From positions 1 through 64,000 of IMG/VR virus record IMGVR_UViG_3300042254_000186: DNA of 64,000 nucleotides, one strand, 5' to 3'. This DNA is from a virus (lineage: Duplodnaviria > Caudoviricetes). Made by a program: the position numbers and the translations under genes. Position 1 is the stretch's first letter. Each line of letters opens with the position of its first letter. Below are positions 57,151-64,000 of the stretch, piece after piece. The notes below the pieces were generated by a model. That model was not told the DNA's origin, searched no databases, and saw only the letters and a program-made list of their open reading frames with translations.

Positions 57151-58953
57151 CTAATTTTTTCTAATGCCTTTTAGTAATCCATATCGGCCTTTGTTCTCAC
57201 TTTTTGTAAATTCTATAATACTAATATTTGGATCGGTGTTAATATCTTTTGAAAGATCACCAGGAACAATGTTTTCCATAATAATAATTTGATCATCTCC
57301 ATAATTATTAATAACGTAGTTAAAAAACCCTTTTCTAACGTTTTCATCTTGTTGAACTCCTTCTGGCATCTGTATACCATGCAAAGGAGAATCTAATAAA
57401 TAGAAGTGAGGGTTCTTGATAGCAACTTCATTGATGTATTCACGCATAGAGAGAATCATTATTGAATTGAGTAATGCTCTTACACCTTTTCCATGTGTCT
57501 TTTTTTCATCTCCATTAACAATTATATCGAGTTTAGATAAATCAAATTCCGCTGAATTTGCTGGAGTATATTTACATCTCTTTAGTATTGATAGGTATGT
57601 CTTATTTATAGTAGAGATAAAATCATCTGCAAATAACTCTTTTGGTTTATATGCACGTTTTTCACTTACCGTAGAGTCAAGATGGGATAAATCATTCTCA
57701 AAGTTATCAAGCAAAGAATTGATTAATTCTAAATCATTCGATGCTTTTACATAGGCTGAGTATTGACTAATTTTTTGAGTAATAGATACTTTTTGCGGTT
57801 TTAATTCGGTGCTTAGCAGATTGTCGATAGATTTCTTTTTCTTTTTCAAATCTTTAAGCTCATCTAAATAACTAGAAACTTCAAAATCTATATCTATTAG
57901 TGTTTGAGATAAAGACATACTGTTATTTAGTATTTTAACAACTTCAGCTCTCGAAGATTCCAAATAAGAAGCTTCTTGTTCCTTTTCTAATTCCCCATTG
58001 CAGAACGGGCAGTTATGTGGTGATTCATGCTTGTGGATTATATCCTCACCTTGAATGATGAAACCTAACCTCTCAATGTCAGCAATATATTGAGATTCGA
58101 GTGCTTTGTATCTGTTTTGAGTTATCTTTCTTGTTCTAATTAATTCTTCTTTCTTGGTTATCTCGGAGCTTACATTTCTCATATCATTTATTGTTGATGA
58201 AATGAGTGAATTTGTCTTGTCAAGCTCGGTTTGGAGATCTTCAATTAAATTCTCAAGATATGTATTATCTCCATTTTTCTCAGACAAGAATTTTTCAAGT
58301 GAGTCTTTTTGCTGCAAAAACTTTTCTTTATTACTAATGATATACTTTTGAACAGCAGCTCTTTTAGCAGCTTTGGTTTTTTTATTTTCTTCTGCATCAA
58401 ACTCTGAATAATCTTGTTCATATAAAATATACAATAAGCATGATAAGAATGAAGTTGTGTTTTGAACAATGTCAGGAGTCAATATAGGTTTTTCTAACTC
58501 AGTATTATCCTCATGTACAAATAGTAGTGGTTTTAGACTTCGAAATGAAAAAGCCTCAGTTTGACCATCTTCATTTTTAGGTACTTGTAGCGATACAGGT
58601 ATATCTAATATCTCAGAAAAGACTTCTCTAATGTTATCTTTTTTTCCACTAACTTTATAAATCTTATTCTTTATACCATCATTAACGAGAATTTTATTTT
58701 CACCGATTTTTCTAGTTAATGTAATATGCGAATTGTCCTTCCTTACTTCCATAGAAATAGTATCATATCCAATTGAAGTATCAAAAGGTGCGTTCTTATT
58801 GCTAGAGCCTAAAAGATAATAAATTGACTTAAACACATATGTTTTACCGGTATCAGAAGGGCCAAAAATCAACGTTAGGTTTTCACCAAATGTGATTTCT
58901 GAGATTCCTTTAGTTCCAGTAAAAGTTAGTTTATTTATGTGAAATTTTCCCAT
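57151..58953 (-). CDS. lmuB: LmuB-like SMC ATPase, copy 2
   Basis: GPSDTGKT, CPFC, HGKG, LLDSP. Confidence 0.8.
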   Translation of the reverse strand: MGKFHINKLTFTGTKGISEITFGENLTLIFGPSDTGKTYVFKSIYYLLGSSNKNAPFDTSIGYDTISMEVRKDNSHITLTRKIGENKILVNDGIKNKIYKVSGKKDNIREVFSEILDIPVSLQVPKNEDGQTEAFSFRSLKPLLFVHEDNTELEKPILTPDIVQNTTSFLSCLLYILYEQDYSEFDAEENKKTKAAKRAAVQKYIISNKEKFLQQKDSLEKFLSEKNGDNTYLENLIEDLQTELDKTNSLISSTINDMRNVSSEITKKEELIRTRKITQNRYKALESQYIADIERLGFIIQGEDIIHKHESPHNCPFCNGELEKEQEASYLESSRAEVVKILNNSMSLSQTLIDIDFEVSSYLDELKDLKKKKKSIDNLLSTELKPQKVSITQKISQYSAYVKASNDLELINSLLDNFENDLSHLDSTVSEKRAYKPKELFADDFISTINKTYLSILKRCKYTPANSAEFDLSKLDIIVNGDEKKTHGKGVRALLNSIMILSMREYINEVAIKNPHFYLLDSPLHGIQMPEGVQQDENVRKGFFNYVINNYGDDQIIIMENIVPGDLSKDINTDPNISIIEFTKSENKGRYGLLKGIRKN

Positions 58954-58958
58954 ATAAG

Positions 58959-59396
58959 TTATTCCCTCCTAACAGATTCTTTTGTAGCATAATTGATTAA
59001 TTTTTCATCGGTCCAATTTTGCGTTTTTTGAATAATCAATCTGACACTATCAATATACTTTTTAAAATAATCAGTTTCCATTTTTTCACAAACCTTACGA
59101 CCATCCTCACTGATAATATATGTAAATCCATAAGCGTTTTGAAGTGGCATTAGTAATCCGGATAAAACGAGAGTGTTTATTGATTGGGAAACCTGATATC
59201 TTCGTGATGCAATTTCGCTAAAGCTATATGAACTGTCTCCGTGAAGATTAAATTCCAAAAAACCATAGTTTTTTCCATAACTTGAAAACAAATCAATAGT
59301 TGTAATATGATCAACTGATATTGGAGCTCTCATCACATTTGTTATAACGAGAACTCTTAATGATATTTCAAGTTCAGAATTAAATATCTGTGTCAT
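58959..59396 (-). CDS. lmuC: LmuC-like middle component, copy 2
   Basis: FNSELEISLR, IDLFSSYG, NLHGD, SEIASRR. Confidence 0.7.
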   Translation of the reverse strand: MTQIFNSELEISLRVLVITNVMRAPISVDHITTIDLFSSYGKNYGFLEFNLHGDSSYSFSEIASRRYQVSQSINTLVLSGLLMPLQNAYGFTYIISEDGRKVCEKMETDYFKKYIDSVRLIIQKTQNWTDEKLINYATKESVRRE

Positions 59397-60333
59397 AATC
59401 AACCACCCACTCAATCTTCCCTTCATTAACTAGCATATGAACCATTCCTTGTTTTTCAGGGTTTCCAATAATGCCATTATTGTCTCTAGTTAAAATGTTT
59501 TTGCTAAAGGTAATATCAACAACTTTTTGCATTGTACTATCAACTCTTTCGAGAGCATTCTTATACTCTTTCATGATAGTAATTTCAATACCAGAAAGTA
59601 AATCTGCTTTCGCTTCGTTAAACTCGTATTCTCCATCTGGAAATACATCTCTAATTTGATGAAGAACACTCTCGGCGTTAAAATAATTTTCTCTTTGTAA
59701 TTTAAAATGTTTTTCATATCTTGGATGCATTGATTTTAGATCAGTTAATGATATTGATCCGAATTTTTCTGATTGTGCATAGACACGTAGTAAGGCATCA
59801 ACATACCGTATTTCATTTTTTATTATAGCTTCTGTAGGGACAAGCTTATCTAATAAATTTACTGTCTTACCTCCGATTTTAACTTGGTTGTGACCGATAA
59901 AAACTGCATCACGTATTGAAGCTGAAGGCTTCACGTTTATAACGTAATAGAGTATGGTATCTAAGACCTTAGTAATATCTTTTTCAAAATTATCAAAAGT
60001 TATGGTGAAATTATAAGTCGCAAACTGTGAAATCATTCCATTTCTAGCATCCTCAGAGAGATCTTCTGAAAATATTTCAAATGTATAATAATCCAAATTT
60101 TCTTTTATATAAGAGGCGCAATCTACAGGTAAAGATTCTACTCCATTGAAAACCTTAAGTAAAAACCCATCTTTTCTCTTCTCGATTGGATTAGCTGAAT
60201 CCACTGCGGATACAAATGCATTCAAATAAGTCTTTAATTTGTCTGCTTTTGTAACCCTACCAGATTTAGAACCGCTTAAGACTTTATGACTAAAATATTG
60301 TTCCATTATTGATAAAAAATCATTTAGTTTCAT
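59380..60333 (-). CDS. LmuA-like first component, copy 2
   Basis: Colinear homolog of 3361-4317. Confidence 0.65.
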   Translation of the reverse strand: MKLNDFLSIMEQYFSHKVLSGSKSGRVTKADKLKTYLNAFVSAVDSANPIEKRKDGFLLKVFNGVESLPVDCASYIKENLDYYTFEIFSEDLSEDARNGMISQFATYNFTITFDNFEKDITKVLDTILYYVINVKPSASIRDAVFIGHNQVKIGGKTVNLLDKLVPTEAIIKNEIRYVDALLRVYAQSEKFGSISLTDLKSMHPRYEKHFKLQRENYFNAESVLHQIRDVFPDGEYEFNEAKADLLSGIEITIMKEYKNALERVDSTMQKVVDITFSKNILTRDNNGIIGNPEKQGMVHMLVNEGKIEWVVDYDTDI

Positions 60334-60453
60334 AGAATTTATCCTCCCTAATGAAATCGGAGCCAGAAATACACTCCACCTAGCTCTTAAGTCAAAATTC
60401 TAGTTGGTGTAATATAATGTCGTAATGAAAATTGACTGATAGTAATTTTCTTT

Positions 60454-60482
60454 ATTATATCAAAAAACGGATGCATCTACAA
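60454..60482 (-). promoter_or_regulatory. SigA-type promoter of Lamassu operon 2
   Basis: Minus strand TTGTAG-17 nt-TATAAT with extended TG. Confidence 0.65.
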
Positions 60483-60523
60483 TCTTATTACAAATTATTG
60501 CTTTGCAATAGTGATATTAAAGT

Positions 60524-60723
60524 TTGATAACGCATGCTTATCCATTACTAGTGTGGATTTCGCAAAAGCATGTAGAAATAATTAAGCAGAACTAACCATT
60601 GCGAGGAAAGTCTGCAAAATAAATGGATATACTCATATACCATTCTTTTTGCTGACGCCTATAAACTGCCTACATACTACGAAAAGAGTATCTCCATTAA
60701 TTCAAAAATGGAGGTATTTTTTT
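60524..60723 (+). ncRNA. Structured leader / RNA switch, copy 2
   Basis: Same architecture as 4503-4721 with compensatory base changes. Confidence 0.65.
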
Positions 60724-61356
60724 ATGAAATTACGTAAAACACCAATCTCGAAAAGAATGACATACACCTATTTTTTTGCTAACGGAGATAAGGTCATCCT
60801 GGAACCAGGAAGATCAACAACGATTTATGCATCCGGTGGTAGAACCATACAAGTTGATGAATCTATCACTGAAATCACAATTACCGAACTTCACAGACAA
60901 GATGATGCTGAAGTAAGAGCAAACCTTAAATATATCAACTGTGAAAGCAACATAGAGCGACAAGCACGCATAGCTAATAAAAAGAAGTGGGCTATGGAAC
61001 ATCCTGAAGAAGTTAATCCATATGACAAACCACCAAGAATCATGAATCTCGATGCATTTAATGATGATGAAAACTCACAAGACGATAAAAGCAGTCTGTT
61101 ATATAAAGCATCTATTTACTCAGAGCAAATCAACTCTGATGATAATTATGAAAAGCTCGAGCTCATCAAAGAGTTTGTTGCTACATTACCAACTACCATG
61201 CAAGAGATGTTTGACCTTATCTATATTCAAGAACTAAAACAATCAGATGTTTGCTCGATTTTAGGTATATCAAAAAGCACGGTATCAGAACGTGTAAAAA
61301 CACTTAACAAAAAAATAATTGAACATTTTTCAAACCAACCCGAACTTTTGAGATAA
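60724..61356 (+). CDS. Phage sigma-70 region 4-like activator (sigma-like 2)
   Basis: LPTTMQEMFDLIY...KQSDVCSILGISKSTVSER; GGAGG RBS before ATG 60724. Confidence 0.75.
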   Translation: MKLRKTPISKRMTYTYFFANGDKVILEPGRSTTIYASGGRTIQVDESITEITITELHRQDDAEVRANLKYINCESNIERQARIANKKKWAMEHPEEVNPYDKPPRIMNLDAFNDDENSQDDKSSLLYKASIYSEQINSDDNYEKLELIKEFVATLPTTMQEMFDLIYIQELKQSDVCSILGISKSTVSERVKTLNKKIIEHFSNQPELLR

Positions 61357-61380
61357 AAATGCGGACTAAGATTTAGAAGG
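61337..61380 (+). promoter_or_regulatory. Putative sigma-like-2 promoter CCGAACTTTT-N10-TGCGGACTA
   Basis: Same motif and spacing at 35335-35378. Confidence 0.6.
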
Positions 61381-61411
61381 CAAAAAAGCACTTCTAGAAA
61401 AGAGGAAAAAT

Positions 61412-61639
61412 ATGCAATCCAAAAAGCATAGAGTTCGCATTAATTTAGCGGACAAAAGGAGTAGGAATACCAACATCATCGAGACTATGGATGAGACACT
61501 TCCAAAAAAACTATTCAATAAGTTATTCGGTAAGAAAAAACGAGTCTTGATTATTGCTCCAAGTGATTCGGTAACAGGCATTGAAATATATGAAGAGGTA
61601 GGTGAAAGAAATGTCAAGAAGCCCAACGGTTCACAGTAG
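61412..61639 (+). CDS. Small hypothetical phage protein
   Basis: AGAGG RBS; LF..LFG...VLII.P.DSV..IEI pattern. Confidence 0.65.
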   Translation: MQSKKHRVRINLADKRSRNTNIIETMDETLPKKLFNKLFGKKKRVLIIAPSDSVTGIEIYEEVGERNVKKPNGSQ

Positions 61640-62792
61640 AAAGTATAGCCCAAGTAAAAGTAGTATCTGGCTAAACTGTCCACTTAGTACATTCTACAAC
61701 AACACAAAACATCAAGAAGTAAGTCCACAAGCAGAGTTCGGAACGCAATGTCATGAGTTAGGTGCTGCACTCATTAGTAAGTCATTAGGATTAATCGATT
61801 ATGACAGTGAAGTTAAACCAATTGATGAACTAATCAAAGAACTCGATATGTATTCAGATGAAATGCAGGATATAGCGGATGGGTATGCGAACTTTGTAAT
61901 TAACACCATTGAGTTTGAAAAGAAACGATCTGATGCAGAACCATTTGTAGTTATCGAACAACACCTGGATATGGATTTTGATGAAGACGCAAAAGGGACA
62001 CTTGACTGCGGAATCATCTCATCTATGAATGGTGGAACACTTACAGTTATTGATTTAAAGACAGGTAGATTACCAGTGTATGCATTTGACACAGAAGAAG
62101 ACTCGTTCAACACACAACTTGCCATATATGCACTTTACCTATACAAGGTATACAAAGACTTATATCCAGTTAATAAAGTAAGGCTTGTAATTTACCAACC
62201 TGTTATCAATAACACCAATGAATACGAGATGGATTTAGAAGAGTTATTGAAGTTTGAAACAGAAGTATTATTGCCAGCAGTCGAAAAAACAAGAACAGGA
62301 TATCTAGAAGGAAATACGGGTAAACATTGCAGATACTGTTCCGGAAGATTTATGTGTGTAAAAAGAGGAGATGAATTTATAAAAATGTCAAAAGAATTAA
62401 TAAAACCTTTGTCAGTTCACTCTGATGAAAAGATAGAAGAATTTTTACCAAAGCTAGATGACTATATACGTTATGCAAATGAGCTGAAAGAGTTCGCAAT
62501 CAATCGAGCAAAAAACGGTCATAAATGGAATGGATTTAAGTTGGTTCATGCTCGAGTTTCAAGAAAAGTAACAGACGAAGCTGGGTTGATAAAGGCTTGT
62601 GAAGAAGTTGGAATTGATCCATATGGTGCACAAAAAGTCGCAGGAATTACAGAACTGACCAAACGAATCGGTAAAGACAAAGTCACTAGCATTATCGGAC
62701 CCTACATTACGATGCAAACAGGTTCCATGATACTAGTGCCAGAAACAGATCCTCGTGAAGAGGTAACAACAATAGAAGAAGGAGAAAAATAA
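61611..62792 (+). CDS. DUF2800 family nuclease, copy 2
   Basis: Colinear homolog of 5531-6715. Confidence 0.82.
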   Translation: MSRSPTVHSRKYSPSKSSIWLNCPLSTFYNNTKHQEVSPQAEFGTQCHELGAALISKSLGLIDYDSEVKPIDELIKELDMYSDEMQDIADGYANFVINTIEFEKKRSDAEPFVVIEQHLDMDFDEDAKGTLDCGIISSMNGGTLTVIDLKTGRLPVYAFDTEEDSFNTQLAIYALYLYKVYKDLYPVNKVRLVIYQPVINNTNEYEMDLEELLKFETEVLLPAVEKTRTGYLEGNTGKHCRYCSGRFMCVKRGDEFIKMSKELIKPLSVHSDEKIEEFLPKLDDYIRYANELKEFAINRAKNGHKWNGFKLVHARVSRKVTDEAGLIKACEEVGIDPYGAQKVAGITELTKRIGKDKVTSIIGPYITMQTGSMILVPETDPREEVTTIEEGEK

Positions 62793-62793
62793 A

Positions 62794-63762
62794 ATGTTGA
62801 ATATTATTGAAGGAAAAGAACAACGCCCAAAGAAAATCGTCATTTATGGACCAGAAGGAATCGGAAAGTCGACATTCGCGAGTCAATTTCCTGATCCACT
62901 ATTTATTGATACTGAGGGCGGAACAAGCAATTTAGATGTAAGAAGAATCAAATGTAACAAATCATGGAATGAACTAATTGCCATAGTAAAAGAAATCCAT
63001 GTGAATCCACATATTTGTAAGACTGTCGTATTGGATACAGCTGACTGGTCTGAAACGTTATGTACAAATGCTGTATGTGAAAAGTACCGAAAAAACAATA
63101 TAGAAGATTTTGGATATGGTAAGGGTTATGTCTACTTAGTGGATGAGTTTGCAAGGTTACTTACTCTACTTGACCGGTTAATCGAAGTAGGTATCAATGT
63201 TGTGATTACTGCTCATGCCAAGCCACGTAAATTTGAACTACCAGAAGAACAAGGATCATTTGACAGATACGAGATGAAACTATCAAGACAAGTAGCTCCT
63301 TTAATCAAAGAGTGGAGTGACGCATTATTCTTTGTGAATTACAAGATCTATGTCGTTACAACTGATACCAATAAGAAAAAAGCTCAAGGTGGGAAACGTG
63401 TTTTATATACCACACATAATCCAACTTATGATGCAAAGAACAGATTCGATTTACCAGAAGAACTTGAACTTGATTTTAAAGCTATCTCACATCTATTTGA
63501 AATTTACGATGTCCCAGCAGATGAAGTAATGGACTACGACTCAAAAGATATTACAACGTTAGCTTTTGTTGAAGAACTTAGAAAGAAATTGGAACAAGAA
63601 GACGTTACCGAAGAACAGTTGCAAAAAGTAGTAGCCGCAAAAGGTCACTATGAATTAGAAACACCAATTAGTGAATATTCAGACGATTTCATTACACGTT
63701 GGATTATTCCGAATTGGAAGAAGATTGTAGAAGCAATAAAAAATGAAAAAGGAGAACAATAA
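62794..63762 (+). CDS. Sak4-like AAA_24 ATPase, copy 2
   Basis: Near-identical N-terminal two-thirds to 6718-7692. Confidence 0.87.
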   Translation: MLNIIEGKEQRPKKIVIYGPEGIGKSTFASQFPDPLFIDTEGGTSNLDVRRIKCNKSWNELIAIVKEIHVNPHICKTVVLDTADWSETLCTNAVCEKYRKNNIEDFGYGKGYVYLVDEFARLLTLLDRLIEVGINVVITAHAKPRKFELPEEQGSFDRYEMKLSRQVAPLIKEWSDALFFVNYKIYVVTTDTNKKKAQGGKRVLYTTHNPTYDAKNRFDLPEELELDFKAISHLFEIYDVPADEVMDYDSKDITTLAFVEELRKKLEQEDVTEEQLQKVVAAKGHYELETPISEYSDDFITRWIIPNWKKIVEAIKNEKGEQ

Positions 63763-63764
63763 TC

Positions 63765-64000
63765 ATGGAAGAAAATAAAAACATGTTGATGGACTGGAAT
63801 GATTCCATCGAAGAAGACGGACAGGAGTTAGTCATATTACCAGAAGGTGATTACAACTTTATAGTAACTCATTTTGAACGAGGAAGATTTCCTGGAGGGG
63901 CTAAGATTCCTGCATGTAATAAAGCAACGATTACAGTACAAGTAGAATCCGAAGAAGGAAGAGCTATAGTGAAGTTTGATCTGTTGTTATATCGCACAAT
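63765..64000 (+). CDS. DUF669-like SSB, copy 2 (truncated by window end)
   Basis: MEENKNMLMDWND.IEEDGQE...LPEGDY, homolog of 7689-8144. Confidence 0.82.
   Translation, partial: MEENKNMLMDWNDSIEEDGQELVILPEGDYNFIVTHFERGRFPGGAKIPACNKATITVQVESEEGRAIVKFDLLLYRT

Larger units (their letters stand above)
52100..64000. mobile_element. Second related prophage-like element (left part; continues beyond the window)
   Basis: Same terminator-Xre-Lamassu / leader-sigma-DUF2800-Sak4-SSB order as prophage 1; left boundary inferred from the junction motifs. Confidence 0.8.

Noticed and set aside
60649-60723. TTG-start N-terminal extension of sigma-like 2
   Set aside because: It runs through the structured leader; the GGAGG RBS supports ATG 60724, matching copy 1.
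2038-63154. Numerous short antisense/overlapping ORFs in the track (e.g. 2038-2331, 8963-9241, 27727-28161, 57416-57754, 61799-62125)
   Set aside because: S/F/L/I-rich shadow frames of well-supported genes, without RBS.

Overview
AT-rich DNA read in genetic code 11 (TGG=Trp, TGA used as stop). The gene content and the lack of an endolysin suggest a wall-less Acholeplasmatales/Izemoplasmatales-like host, which is inference only. Two host tRNAs (Gln-CTG, Ser-GGA) are followed by an apparently complete HK97-like siphovirus prophage (~0.5-43 kb). It carries a Lamassu/ABC-three-component operon plus Xre HTH in the immunity slot, a divergent sigma-like activator, a Sak4/SSB/helicase/primase replication module, methylase + MetK, head/tail genes, twin large serine recombinases and c-di-GMP cargo. 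Next come a captured host-like fragment, the right arm of an older related element (recombinase stub, ~6.7 kb of cargo, end motif) and a junction with phased repeats at ~52 kb. A second related element follows (defence island, then the same Xre-Lamassu / sigma / replication layout) and runs off the window end. The most notable signals are regulatory. (1) A covarying two-state RNA switch (anti-SD vs anti-anti-SD) lies upstream of both divergent sigma-like genes. (2) Each sigma gene is followed by its own bipartite promoter-like motif, and BOTH motifs recur in tandem in front of prophage 1's recombinase operon, suggesting cross-prophage control of excision. (3) A nuclease-less Lamassu module with an HTH-like LmuA sits where the CI repressor should be. 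Together these suggest an undescribed lysogeny switch. All family calls come from motif recognition by eye; no searches were run.
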